This document shows, in pieces, positions 17,806 to 28,255 of a DNA stretch of 64,000 nt. The notes below the pieces were generated by a model, which did not search any database, had not been told where the DNA came from, and saw only the letters and a list, made by a program, of their open reading frames with translations. The position numbers were made by a program, and so were the translations under genes. This stretch comes from a virus. Every line of letters begins with the position of its first letter. The stretch's first letter is position 1. The stretch is from positions 1-64,000 of the IMG/VR virus record IMGVR_UViG_3300023174_000094. One strand, given 5' to 3'.

Positions 17806-18658
17806 TCTCAGTAAATCTCTGGTTGTTGATACAACTGTTGATCTAACTAGCACCCAGACGCTTTCTAATAAAACTCTTACGACCCCAATTATTAATGGAC
17901 CAACTATCACAGATACTGGTCAAACCCCAGTCATTCACGGAGTATATCTTCCAGCACCTCATGTAATTTATTTTGAGGGAGCAACAGCTGACGATTATGA
18001 AACAATTCTAACAGTTGTAGACCCAACTGCAGATCGCACTATTAGTCTTCCTAACGCAAGCGGTACACTCACCCTGGCAAACTCGGATGTGACATTTGCT
18101 AATCTAACAGTGTCTGGTGATTTGATTGTTAGCGGTAACACGACAACTCTTAATACCGCTAATCTTAATGTTGAAGATAATTTCATCCTTCTTAATTCTG
18201 GCGAGACTAGTTCTCCAACATTAAATTCTGGTCTTGAAATTGAACGAGGAACATCAACCAATGTCTTTATTCGCTGGAATGAGACCACCGATAAATGGCA
18301 ATTTACTAATGACGGAACTAATTTTACAGACCTGGGTGCTGGCGGAGCAAGAGTTTCAGATACAGCACCGACATCTCCTGAGCCTGGATCATTATGGTAT
18401 GACTCTTCAACTGGTGGTACTTATGTTTACTATGATTCATACTGGGTGGAAGTTGGTGCATTAGCGATAAATACTCTTTTATCAATTATTGATGCAAAAG
18501 GAGATTTACTAGTTGGTAGTGCTGATAATACTGTGGTAAGATTGGGTGTAGGAAGCGATAATCAGTTTTTAGTAGCTAACTCATCTGCTACAAATGGTCT
18601 TTCTTGGTCTTCCGTTGAAAATGATCAAATTGTTTTAGTTGGAAGAGTTTTTAGTTAA
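17798..18658 (+). CDS. Fibre-like virion protein
   Basis: Modules shared with the 29470 and 31430 proteins. Confidence 0.75.
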   Translation: MPDLSKSLVVDTTVDLTSTQTLSNKTLTTPIINGPTITDTGQTPVIHGVYLPAPHVIYFEGATADDYETILTVVDPTADRTISLPNASGTLTLANSDVTFANLTVSGDLIVSGNTTTLNTANLNVEDNFILLNSGETSSPTLNSGLEIERGTSTNVFIRWNETTDKWQFTNDGTNFTDLGAGGARVSDTAPTSPEPGSLWYDSSTGGTYVYYDSYWVEVGALAINTLLSIIDAKGDLLVGSADNTVVRLGVGSDNQFLVANSSATNGLSWSSVENDQIVLVGRVFS

Positions 18659-18666
18659 GGAGAGTT

Positions 18667-19035
18667 ATGGCAACATTCAGCAAAATATCACTACAGCCAG
18701 CAGGTACAACGGGAACTGGTCTTGGAATTCCTGTAACGGCAACATCAAGTCCTGGAACTGCTGTTCACACTGCTTCATCAACACCAAGCACCATTGATGA
18801 GGTATGGCTATATGCTGTTAATTATGATACAGCAGATCGTAAATTAACAATTCAATTTGGCGGTACAACTGCTGGTGATAATGACATTGAATACACTGTT
18901 AAAGCGGAAAATGGTTTATATCTTATCGTACCAGGTCTTCTTTTACAAGGAAATGCATCGGCTAAAGTTATTAGAGCATGGGCTGCAACTGGAACTTCAA
19001 TTGTTATTTATGGTTATGTTAATAGAATTGCATAA
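18667..19035 (+). CDS. Virion structural protein
   Basis: DEVWLYAVN..GYVNRI; AAGGAG SD. Confidence 0.7.
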   Translation: MATFSKISLQPAGTTGTGLGIPVTATSSPGTAVHTASSTPSTIDEVWLYAVNYDTADRKLTIQFGGTTAGDNDIEYTVKAENGLYLIVPGLLLQGNASAKVIRAWAATGTSIVIYGYVNRIA

Positions 19036-19040
19036 TTCCT

Positions 19041-20771
19041 ATGGTAGCTTTTAATAAGAAAACAGAAGGTGGAAAGCAAGTCTCTACCCATTTAAGCCCT
19101 CGTGGAAATCGTACTAGCTCGGGGCAAGTGCATTCTGTATGGGTAGGAGTAAGCGCACCTCAAAATGCTGCAACTTCTCTATCAGCAACACCTGTTAACA
19201 CTTCTGTTTCAATCTCTTTTACTGCACCGACTGATAACGGCGGTATGGATATCACCAACTACCAATATGCTATTTCAACCAATGGTGGTTCTAGTTATAG
19301 CGCATATGCTGCGCTGTCACCAGCGGATGCTATTTCTCCAATTACGGTAACTGGTTTAACACAAAATACTGCTTATTTAATTAAATTAAAAGCTGTAAAT
19401 GATATTGGTGTTAGTGATGTAGAATCATCTGCTGTTTCATTCACAACTGAAGGAGTTCCTACATCTGCGCCAAGCGGTCTTTCAGCAATCCAAACAGATA
19501 CATCTGTTGCAATATCATTTACCGCAGCAGCAAGCAGTACAAGTCTAACAAATTACGAGTACTCCTTTAATAATTCAACATGGACCGCATTATCACCTGC
19601 TGACGCTGTTAGCCCAGTAACTATTTCTGGCTTGTCTCAGAATACTGCGTATAATATATATCTTCGTGGAGTGAACTCGTATGGTTCAGGTCCTGGCTCA
19701 ACAGCAGTTAGTTTTACAACATTTGGACCACCAACAGGTACAACAACAATTTCTTCTGTATCATCAATTGGTACAACAACAGCAACCGTAAACTTTTCTA
19801 CAACTGCTGGTGGTAGCGCCATAACTGGTTATGATTATTACCTTACATCTTGGCTTGATGCTGGTGTTTCATCAAGTCCAAAAAACTTAACTGGATTAAC
19901 TTCAAATACTGGTTATACGGTATACATGCGACCAAAGAATGCTTATGGTGTTGGTCCACAGTCTGCTGGATATCCATTTACAACACTTGCTCAGTTTGCA
20001 GTTGACTTCCTTGTTGTTGCTGGCGGTGGTTCAGGTGGTTCTGCAAGAGGTGGCGGAGGTGGTGCTGGAGGTTATAGAACATCTGCAGGAACATCTGGAG
20101 GAAACTCTGGTGCTGAATCAGCAATAACCGTCACAAGTGGTGGTAATACTTATGGCGTAACTGTTGGCGGTGGTGGAAACCAAGGAAATGGTGGAAACTC
20201 CGCATTCCATACAATCACCTCTACAGGTGGTGGTCGTGGTGGTAATGGAAATGCTACAGGCAGTATTGGTGGTTCAGGCGGTGGTGGTGGTGGTACTTCT
20301 GGAGCTGGTGGTGCAGGAACAGGAAATCAAGGAACTAATGGTCGTAATGCTGTTGGTGGTGTGCAAAGTGGTGGAGGCGGTGGTGCAAGCGTTGGTGGTG
20401 GAACAAATAAAGATGGTGGTGCTGGACTAGCGAGCAGTATTACTGGGTCATCTGTTAACTACGCAGGTGGTGGAGGCGGTGGTTCTAGTAGCGGCTATTT
20501 GCCAGGAAATAATAACGGGACATATGGTGGTGGTGACGGAGGTGGTGGATCAGACCAAGGAATTGCTGGAACTAACGGAAAGGGTGGAGGCGGTGGTGGA
20601 GCAGGAAATTCAAGTGGTGGTGTCGGCGCAACTGGTGGTTCTGGTGTTGTAATTATCAGATATGCAGCAACACAACCAACTGCATCATCTACAACTGGAT
20701 CTCCAACATTCAGTAATGATGGAACATACAAGCGTTATACATGGACTGGTTCAGGGAGTATTACTTGGTAA
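19041..20771 (+). CDS. 3x FN3 plus glycine-rich adhesin-like protein A
   Basis: Three FN3 repeats (LSQNTAY..LRGVN.YG), then LVVAGGG...GGSGVVIIRY. Confidence 0.85.
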   Translation: MVAFNKKTEGGKQVSTHLSPRGNRTSSGQVHSVWVGVSAPQNAATSLSATPVNTSVSISFTAPTDNGGMDITNYQYAISTNGGSSYSAYAALSPADAISPITVTGLTQNTAYLIKLKAVNDIGVSDVESSAVSFTTEGVPTSAPSGLSAIQTDTSVAISFTAAASSTSLTNYEYSFNNSTWTALSPADAVSPVTISGLSQNTAYNIYLRGVNSYGSGPGSTAVSFTTFGPPTGTTTISSVSSIGTTTATVNFSTTAGGSAITGYDYYLTSWLDAGVSSSPKNLTGLTSNTGYTVYMRPKNAYGVGPQSAGYPFTTLAQFAVDFLVVAGGGSGGSARGGGGGAGGYRTSAGTSGGNSGAESAITVTSGGNTYGVTVGGGGNQGNGGNSAFHTITSTGGGRGGNGNATGSIGGSGGGGGGTSGAGGAGTGNQGTNGRNAVGGVQSGGGGGASVGGGTNKDGGAGLASSITGSSVNYAGGGGGGSSSGYLPGNNNGTYGGGDGGGGSDQGIAGTNGKGGGGGGAGNSSGGVGATGGSGVVIIRYAATQPTASSTTGSPTFSNDGTYKRYTWTGSGSITW

Positions 20772-21118
20772 TGGCACATTTTGCAAAACTTAACGAAAAT
20801 AATATTGTAGAAACAGTGATTGTTGTAGCAAATGAAGAACTTTTAATTAATGGGGTTGAGTCGGAAGAAAAAGGAATCCAATTCTGTGTATCATTATTTG
20901 GTGGGAAGTGGATTCAAACTTCTTATAACAATAACTTTAGAAAAAACTATGCATCAATAGGTGGTTACTATGATCCAGATAAAGATGAGTTTGTTTTAGC
21001 AAAACCTTATGATTCATGGATTCTTAATTCAAACAATGACTGGGAGCCTCCATTCCCAAAACCAACCACAGATGGTGATTGGGAATGGGATGAAACAGAG
21101 AAGATATGGAAGCGCTAA
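20771..21118 (+). CDS. Small partner of Gly-rich protein A
   Basis: MAHFAKL..WIQTSYN..FRKNYA..W..P.P.P; TAATG coupling. Confidence 0.8.
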   Translation: MAHFAKLNENNIVETVIVVANEELLINGVESEEKGIQFCVSLFGGKWIQTSYNNNFRKNYASIGGYYDPDKDEFVLAKPYDSWILNSNNDWEPPFPKPTTDGDWEWDETEKIWKR

Positions 21119-21591
21119 GATTCGGTGCATTCCCTCGTTCAGGATCGCATTTCTTTACAAATATCACAAAATGCAAATGGCTTGGTCACACAATTCATTC
21201 TCTTGAAAAAGAACAAAATGTTGTTGTATCAATTCGTAACCCATTGGAGTGCGTACCCAGCTGGGTAGTCTTTACAAAAGATTCCCGCCCAGACAGGACA
21301 GAAAAAATTCTTGAATGGTATTGCGCCTACTATGAATCGTGTAAAAAATTTAATGTTTTTATAATCTCATTTGAGCAATTAGTAAAAGAACCTATGTTTT
21401 GTATCAACCATGTTTGCAATTTTTATGGGTTAGGGCAGGTAGAAAACATAGAATTTGATTTATCAACCGATTTTCATATCCCAACAAAAGACAAGAGTGA
21501 TTATGAAGTAATTATTAATGAAATGATCAAATCCCCTAGTTACTCTAAGGCTATGGAGTTATTTGATGAATTAGCAGTGCCTATTGTTTAA
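21106..21591 (+). CDS. Sulfotransferase-like (P-loop) protein
   Basis: FPRSGSHF (5'PSB-like), IRNP..C..S (3'PB-like) and ISFEQL. Confidence 0.65.
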   Translation: MEALRFGAFPRSGSHFFTNITKCKWLGHTIHSLEKEQNVVVSIRNPLECVPSWVVFTKDSRPDRTEKILEWYCAYYESCKKFNVFIISFEQLVKEPMFCINHVCNFYGLGQVENIEFDLSTDFHIPTKDKSDYEVIINEMIKSPSYSKAMELFDELAVPIV

Positions 21592-21619
21592 TACGCAAAT
21601 TTAAGATATACTAGAAAAT

Positions 21620-22324
21620 ATGGCAATTGACTTTCCCAACTCACCTGCAACCAATGATATTTTTACATCAGATGCAAGAAGCTGGATATGGACAGGTTCT
21701 AAATGGCAAGCTTATGTGCAGGCTATTTCCAATAACTCAGTTTCTTCCGAAATGATTATTGATGGAACTATTGTTAATAATGATATAGCAAACACTACTA
21801 TCACCAATGCTAAGCTTGTTAATACATCTGTAACAATTGGTTCAACAGCAATTTCACTGGGGTCAAGTAATACTACAATCGCTGGTCTTACAAGTGTCAC
21901 ATCTGCTAATGCTAATGTTTCAACCAAGCTTGCTGTCACAAGCGTTAGTGAGCCAGCACTTGTTTCTGCTACTGCAGCAACTGGAACTATTACAATTGAT
22001 TACTTATCAAATCCGACTGTGCTTTACACATCAAACTCAACCGCAAACTGGACTTTGAATGTTCGTGGTAATAGTTCTACTACGATGAATAATAGTATCT
22101 CAACTGGAGATGTTGCTACTGTTGTATTTCTTGCAACAAATGGTGCTACTCCGTATTATGCAAATGCAATTCAAATTGATAGCACCGTAGTAAGTCCTAA
22201 ATGGCAGAATGCTATCGCCCCAACCTCTGGTAATGCTTCATCTATTGATGCATATACATTAAGTATTTTTAAAACAGCAGCAAATACTTATACTGTATTT
22301 GCCAGCCAATCAAGATTTGGTTAG
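21620..22324 (+). CDS. Fibre protein with MAIDFP N-terminal module, leaderless
   Basis: TATACT-7-ATG; C-terminal PKW..P..IDAY beta domain. Confidence 0.75.
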   Translation: MAIDFPNSPATNDIFTSDARSWIWTGSKWQAYVQAISNNSVSSEMIIDGTIVNNDIANTTITNAKLVNTSVTIGSTAISLGSSNTTIAGLTSVTSANANVSTKLAVTSVSEPALVSATAATGTITIDYLSNPTVLYTSNSTANWTLNVRGNSSTTMNNSISTGDVATVVFLATNGATPYYANAIQIDSTVVSPKWQNAIAPTSGNASSIDAYTLSIFKTAANTYTVFASQSRFG

Positions 22325-22332
22325 GAGTTCTT

Positions 22333-24051
22333 ATGCCATTTTTTGCTAAATTTGGTGGAGGTAATTCAAATAAGTTTGGATTTACAAGAGGAGCTAGTGC
22401 ACCTCTAACAGCACCAACATCTCTAAGCGCAACTCCTGTAAATACTTCTGTTTCAATTTCGTTCACAGATCCAACAAATACTGGTGGTATACCAATCACC
22501 AACTACGAATACTCATTTAATAACTCAACATGGACTGCTCTTTCACCAGCAGATGCAACAAGCCCTGTAACTGTTCCTGGTCTGACTCAGAATACTGGAT
22601 ATACTGTTTATTTGAGAGCGGTAAATGCTATTGGTTCTGGTCCCGCCTCTTCGGGTGTTTCATTCACGACACAAGGAATACCAACATCTGCACCAAGCGG
22701 TCTTTCAGCAATCCAAACAGACACATCTGTTTCTATCTCCTTTACTGCCGCAGCAAGCAGCACAAGTTTGACGAACTACGAGTATTCGTTTAACAACTCT
22801 TCATGGACAGCACTATCCCCTGCTGATGCGGTTAGTCCTGTGACTATATCTGGACTATCACAAAACACTGCTTATACTGTATACCTTCGTGGAGTTAACT
22901 CATATGGATCTGGTCCTGGTTCAACTGGCGTTGGGTTTACTACATTTGGACCACCAACAGGCACTACAACAATTTCTTCAGTGAGCGTTGGTACAACAAC
23001 AGCAACTGTAAACTTTTCTACGGGTGCTGGCGGTAGCGCCATAACAGGCTACGACTATTACCTCCATCCAGTGCTTGGTTGGACCAATGCAGGCATATCA
23101 TCAAGTCCTCTAGGTTTATCTGGACTCACAGCAAATACTGGATATGTCGTATATTTACGAGCAAAAAATGCTTATGGCATTGGTCCACAATCTGCTGGGT
23201 TTTCATTTACTACAAACCCAATATTTATGTCTGCAAGCGGTGGATCTACGCAAGATGTAACAGTTGGTGGGCAAACATATAGAGTTCACACATTCACCTC
23301 TAGTGGAACATTTACAGTATCAACCGTTGGTTCATTTGGCACCGTTGAATACCTTGTTGTTGGCGGTGGAGGTGGTGGTGGAACGAATCCTGGAGGCGGT
23401 GGTGGAGCTGGTGGTTTTAGAACTAATGTCGCAGGAAATACTTCAGGAAATAGTAGCGGTACAGAAGGAGCAATGTCTGTTTCTGCAACTTCTTATGGCG
23501 TAACTGTTGGCGGTGGTGGTAGTAGAGGAAACACTTATCCAGGCACTAATATTTATGCAACAAATGGTGGTAATTCATCATTTAACGGTGTCACTTCTTT
23601 AGGCGGTGGTAAAGGAGGTTTTTACTGGCTTGATGGAGCTGGTGGTTCTGGCGGTGCTGGTGGAGGTAGTGCAGGTGGTGGTGCTGGAGCTGGAACAGCT
23701 GGTCAAGGTGGTAATGGTGGTGCAAACAGTGGTTATCTCTGTGGAGGTGGTGGAGCGGCTTCTGGTAGTGCTGGTGCTGGGAATGGGGCAAGCGGACTCT
23801 CAAGCACCATTTATGGTTCAGCAGGAACAATAACGATTTGCGGTGGTGGTGGTGGAGGGAACTATTACGCTACTCCAGGAACTGGTGGTTCAGGCGGTGG
23901 TGGAAACGGTGACGGATACTCAAACAGGGCTGGTGATGGTTCACAATACGGCGCAGGTGGTGGAGGAGGATTTGTTAATGCTGGATATAATGATAGAGGC
24001 GGTGGCTCTGGAGCAGCTGGTGTTGTTATGATAAGGTACAGGATTGCATAA
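22333..24051 (+). CDS. 3x FN3 plus glycine-rich adhesin-like protein B
   Basis: Paralog of 19041; YRVHTFTSSG and EYLVVGGGG. Confidence 0.85.
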   Translation: MPFFAKFGGGNSNKFGFTRGASAPLTAPTSLSATPVNTSVSISFTDPTNTGGIPITNYEYSFNNSTWTALSPADATSPVTVPGLTQNTGYTVYLRAVNAIGSGPASSGVSFTTQGIPTSAPSGLSAIQTDTSVSISFTAAASSTSLTNYEYSFNNSSWTALSPADAVSPVTISGLSQNTAYTVYLRGVNSYGSGPGSTGVGFTTFGPPTGTTTISSVSVGTTTATVNFSTGAGGSAITGYDYYLHPVLGWTNAGISSSPLGLSGLTANTGYVVYLRAKNAYGIGPQSAGFSFTTNPIFMSASGGSTQDVTVGGQTYRVHTFTSSGTFTVSTVGSFGTVEYLVVGGGGGGGTNPGGGGGAGGFRTNVAGNTSGNSSGTEGAMSVSATSYGVTVGGGGSRGNTYPGTNIYATNGGNSSFNGVTSLGGGKGGFYWLDGAGGSGGAGGGSAGGGAGAGTAGQGGNGGANSGYLCGGGGAASGSAGAGNGASGLSSTIYGSAGTITICGGGGGGNYYATPGTGGSGGGGNGDGYSNRAGDGSQYGAGGGGGFVNAGYNDRGGGSGAAGVVMIRYRIA

Positions 24052-24380
24052 TGAAATTTTTAAATAAAATAGATGAAGAAAATAATTGTATTGATTGCAT
24101 CATTGTCAATGATGATGATGTAGATACACCAGAAAAGCTCTCACAATTTATTGAGCTACTTCAGCTAGATGGTGATTGGATTCTTGATGATGAAAACTAT
24201 AATGGTGGTTATTACAATGCATCTATGGGTAAATTTATTTTACCTAAACCATATTCTTCATTTATTCTTAATGAAGATGATGGGAAATGGTATGCTCCAG
24301 TTCCGCACCCTCAGATTGAAGGTGTAAGTCATGCCTGGGATGAATCAAGACTGGAGTGGATTGTTGTTGCAGAAATTTAA
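24051..24380 (+). CDS. Small partner of Gly-rich protein B
   Basis: PKPY.S.IL..W.AP.P.P..WDE, like the 20771 protein. Confidence 0.75.
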   Translation: MKFLNKIDEENNCIDCIIVNDDDVDTPEKLSQFIELLQLDGDWILDDENYNGGYYNASMGKFILPKPYSSFILNEDDGKWYAPVPHPQIEGVSHAWDESRLEWIVVAEI

Positions 24381-24924
24381 TTTACATAGAGATGTTTTGG
24401 GTAAAACCCAATTCAGTATTCTAAAAGATGTAATATCTAGCGGGGAATTCCCGTGGTTTTTTCAGAGAGATACAACATACGGAACTGGCTTCAGCACCGA
24501 TTCCTCATATCATGGCTTCAGGCATTGTTTAATCAAAAATAATCAAAAGAACTCTGACTCTACAGAGTTATTTGTTCCAGTAGCATGGAGGGTGTGCGAT
24601 TTATTAAATGCGGAGATAGATACAATTTATTCTATGCATGTAAACTTAATTGAGAATTACAATAAAGTCTCTCCTCAGAGACCTCATACTGACAGAAGAT
24701 TAGACGAGCCAAATATTGATAAAATGTTTACTGCCATATTATACTTTGATCAGGCTGATGGAGATACTGTATTTTTTGATGATGATAAAGAAACGATAAT
24801 TTATCAACAGACTCCTATTGAAAATGCAATGATTATCTTTCCCGTAAAAACATGGCATTCTGGTACAAACCCTATTGTTTCTCCATATAGAAGAGTATTA
24901 AATATAAACATAACTATAAAATAA
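24361..24924 (+). CDS. 2OG-Fe(II) oxygenase
   Basis: FPWF, PHTD, AILY...DGDTVFF, WHSG..P...RRVLN; TTG start after GGAG is inferred. Confidence 0.85.
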   Translation: MLLQKFNLHRDVLGKTQFSILKDVISSGEFPWFFQRDTTYGTGFSTDSSYHGFRHCLIKNNQKNSDSTELFVPVAWRVCDLLNAEIDTIYSMHVNLIENYNKVSPQRPHTDRRLDEPNIDKMFTAILYFDQADGDTVFFDDDKETIIYQQTPIENAMIIFPVKTWHSGTNPIVSPYRRVLNINITIK

Positions 24925-24961
24925 TTTGTTAAATTTATAATTTATAGCTTATAATCTTTAT

Positions 24962-27721
24962 GTGAAGATTAACTTTCGTAAAGGTTCTTGGGCAATACTC
25001 CCTGCTTTAATTATATCTCTTGTATCTACATTTGTATCATCATCATACGCAGCTGCAACTTCTGTTTCTATTCCAAATGCGGGATTTGAAGACAATACCT
25101 TTACTGGCTGGTCAAGAGGATCACAGACAGGATCTCTTGGGGCATCAATTAATGGAAATGGTACTGGAGTAACCATATTCAATGGCTCTAGATTGTTTAG
25201 TCATGGTGCGCATTCAGCGATGGGTAGTCCAACACTTTCAAATGGAACAGAAAACCCATATTATGCACCTGCAGTAACAGCTGGAAATTGGAACTTCTCT
25301 CCGAAAGGTGGAACCTATGCTGTTGCTCTGCAACCAAAAAGTCAACAAACATTCAGTCAAGCAACTGCTGCGCTTGGTCTTTCTGGAACACAGGCATCAG
25401 CAATAATCGCACTTCTTTCAAGTCAAGCTTCTGCTTCTGGATTTGGCGGAGGAAATCCAACTGATGCTGCGTGGATTACTCGTGAGGTTGATCTTACTGC
25501 AGGAATAACTTATACAATGTCATGGAACTATATTGCAACTGATTATATTCCATATAATGACGGTTCTATAACATCACTAGTCGCTGTAAGTACAGCATCC
25601 ACTCCAGTCATAACTGTAAATAATTTTGTACAACCTTATGCCCTTCTTGGTTTTACTAATCCAGGAACTGGTGATTACTCAACAAACTCATACGGCTCAA
25701 CTGGCTGGCAAACTTCAACATATCAAGTCTCTGTTTCTGGAACTTATAAACTTGGTTTTGCTGTATTTAACCTAGATGATACAGCACTTTCACCAGTCTT
25801 GCTCGTTGATAACGAAACAGGTACAACTCAGACCTGCACTCAATCTGGAACATGCACAGCATTTGGTGGAGTTGAGGCTAATAATGAAACAGCCCCTACA
25901 GTTCCACAAACTACTACAATTCCACCTACAACCACTACAACTACAACAGTTCCATCTACTACAACGACTACCACTATTCCGCCTACAACTACGATAGCAC
26001 CAAATACCACCACAACAATGCCAGCTACAACTACTACAACAATACCAAGCGCAACTACTACTGTTGCGCCATATTTTAATTCAATTCAAAATTTAACAGC
26101 GACAGCAAATGAAAATGGGAGTGTAACTCTAGATTGGGATGCACCTAGCGCAAGCAACACACAGCCACACATGTATAACATTCTTTTTTATGATTTGAAT
26201 AATGGCGTTGAATCTGGTGGCTGGGGTGTCTGGACATATGCTACAAATACTACTTACACAATTAACACATCTACACAAACTGGTTACGGTTCTGTAAGAT
26301 TTAAAATTCAAGCAGGCACTGCCCCATGTGTGGGGGAGGGAAATGGGAATTGTCTATATGGTCCTCAAGAAGTTATTGACATAACAACATCTGAGCCAAC
26401 TACATCTACCACCACAACTAGTACAACCACCACGACCACCACGACCACCACCACTACTACAGTTCCAGACACTACAACGACCACAGTTCTTATAAATACA
26501 ACAGAGCCCCCAGATACTCAACCAGAGGTTATAGATCCACCAGAAACGCTCCCAGAGCCCCCTGCGGAGGTATTTCCACAGCCCAGCCCAGATATAATTC
26601 CAGATCCAGAGCCAATTGTTGAGGAAATACCTGCTGATACCACAAGCTCAATTCCTGAAGAAGTTGTTCCTGACACCAGTGTGCCAGTGGATACGACTAC
26701 CACTGAGCCAGAAATTGTGACTACAATTCCAGAAGAAGTGACTACAACTACAGAGCCAGTTGATACTACACCTGAAGAAGTGACTCCAGAAGAGGTAGCG
26801 GCGATTGTAGAAGAAATTACAAACGCTTCTGCTGAAGAAATTGTTTCTGTACTATCTGAATTAAGTACTGAAGAGGTCACGGCTGTAATTGAAAATATCT
26901 CAGCTGAGCAACTCACTGAAGTTCTTAACAACCTACCTGCGGAAGAAGTTATAAATCTAATTGAATCAATTGATTCTCCAGACGCTCTTGAAAACATTGT
27001 AGATGCAATTAGTGGAGAAACCATTAGTCCAGACACTGCAATTGCGGTTATTGCAAATGGTAATTTTAATGAAATACCGATTGATAAAATAACAGAAGTA
27101 TTTGCTGCGATTGAACCAAATCAATTTACAGAAGAACAGAAGTCAGAACTTGCTGCCGTACTTACAGAAGCCCCAACTGAGGTTAAGGAAGCGTTTGAAG
27201 AAGAAATTGACATCTATGGCGATGGGTTTGATGATTATACCCCAACAGGTTCTTCAATTGATGTTGGTACTCGTAAAACAGTTCTTGCTGCAGCAACAGC
27301 TATGGCAACAGTAGCTGCGGTTGGTACAGCAACATCTGGTGGAACTACTGGAGGCTCAGCTGGAGGTTCTGGTGGATCTGGAGGCTCTGGTGGTACAGAA
27401 GGTCGTTCCAAGAGAGAAGAAGAATCGGAAGATGGTTTTTCTGGAGAAATTGCTGGTCCAGGCGAAGATGACAATGAGGATTTTGCAAAAAATAGTATAT
27501 ACAAGTATTATACAAGGGAGGGTAAAGAAATGAAAAAGTTTAATTGGTTTGGTTTTAGCAAAAAAGTTTGGGACATCACTGCTGGATTGGGATTCACCCT
27601 CGCAGGAAGCCTTGTTGTTTATGTAACTCTTTCTGGAGTAACGCAGAAAATTGCTGGAATTGCAACGCTTACAGCTATTCTTGTACATTATGTACATGAA
27701 ATTCTAAAGAATGACAAATAA
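24962..27721 (+). CDS. Large exported/membrane protein (signal peptide, beta domain, Thr-rich stalks, FN3, acidic repeats, C-terminal TMs)
   Basis: Sequence composition; leaderless GTG after TATAAT. Confidence 0.75.
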   Translation: MKINFRKGSWAILPALIISLVSTFVSSSYAAATSVSIPNAGFEDNTFTGWSRGSQTGSLGASINGNGTGVTIFNGSRLFSHGAHSAMGSPTLSNGTENPYYAPAVTAGNWNFSPKGGTYAVALQPKSQQTFSQATAALGLSGTQASAIIALLSSQASASGFGGGNPTDAAWITREVDLTAGITYTMSWNYIATDYIPYNDGSITSLVAVSTASTPVITVNNFVQPYALLGFTNPGTGDYSTNSYGSTGWQTSTYQVSVSGTYKLGFAVFNLDDTALSPVLLVDNETGTTQTCTQSGTCTAFGGVEANNETAPTVPQTTTIPPTTTTTTTVPSTTTTTTIPPTTTIAPNTTTTMPATTTTTIPSATTTVAPYFNSIQNLTATANENGSVTLDWDAPSASNTQPHMYNILFYDLNNGVESGGWGVWTYATNTTYTINTSTQTGYGSVRFKIQAGTAPCVGEGNGNCLYGPQEVIDITTSEPTTSTTTTSTTTTTTTTTTTTTVPDTTTTTVLINTTEPPDTQPEVIDPPETLPEPPAEVFPQPSPDIIPDPEPIVEEIPADTTSSIPEEVVPDTSVPVDTTTTEPEIVTTIPEEVTTTTEPVDTTPEEVTPEEVAAIVEEITNASAEEIVSVLSELSTEEVTAVIENISAEQLTEVLNNLPAEEVINLIESIDSPDALENIVDAISGETISPDTAIAVIANGNFNEIPIDKITEVFAAIEPNQFTEEQKSELAAVLTEAPTEVKEAFEEEIDIYGDGFDDYTPTGSSIDVGTRKTVLAAATAMATVAAVGTATSGGTTGGSAGGSGGSGGSGGTEGRSKREEESEDGFSGEIAGPGEDDNEDFAKNSIYKYYTREGKEMKKFNWFGFSKKVWDITAGLGFTLAGSLVVYVTLSGVTQKIAGIATLTAILVHYVHEILKNDK

Positions 27722-27774
27722 ATAACTCTTAGATATACTATTATCAACGCCCGTTGGGGCAAGGAGGTGGTCTT

Positions 27775-27972
27775 TTGTCTACTTTGTTGAATGAGTCAAA
27801 TAAGAAAATGGTTTCGTCTTGGGCGAGATCGTTTATTGGAGCTGCGCTTGCTGTCTACATGACAGGCAATCACGATCCTAAAGCAATTGCTACAGCAGGT
27901 GTTGCTGCTCTTGCACCAGTAATTATGCGTTGGTTGAATCCAAACGATAGCGCATTTGGTCGTACCAAGTAA
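27775..27972 (+). CDS. Holin-like membrane protein
   Basis: Two hydrophobic helices, RWLNPND.AFG; AAGGAGGTGG SD before TTG 27775. Confidence 0.65.
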   Translation: MSTLLNESNKKMVSSWARSFIGAALAVYMTGNHDPKAIATAGVAALAPVIMRWLNPNDSAFGRTK

Positions 27973-27997
27973 TACTAAATTAAGTTTAGAGGTTTAA

Positions 27998-28255
27998 ATG
28001 GCACAAGTTAAGAATATTCTTTTGAGGATATTGGCTACATTTGCTGCATCGGGTTTAAGTGTAATCGGTGCTGGAGCTATAGCTAATGTACCTTTATGGA
28101 AAGCCTGCTTTATGGCAGGTATAGCTGGCGTTGCCGTGGTTGTGGAAGGACTCTCACGAGCATTCCTGGATGATGGTAAACTTAGTCTAGATGAAATTAA
28201 TGCGGTGTTTTCTAAAGTTGATAAAAAGAAACCCGCAGAAGGAGAAACTAAATAA
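27998..28255 (+). CDS. Holin-like membrane protein
   Basis: Two TMs, charged tail (DDGKL..DEIN); adjacent to the endolysin. Confidence 0.65.
   Translation: MAQVKNILLRILATFAASGLSVIGAGAIANVPLWKACFMAGIAGVAVVVEGLSRAFLDDGKLSLDEINAVFSKVDKKKPAEGETK

Noticed and set aside
25900-26480. ACN trinucleotide runs as CRISPR or satellite
   Set aside because: They encode poly-Thr stalks; there is no repeat-spacer structure.
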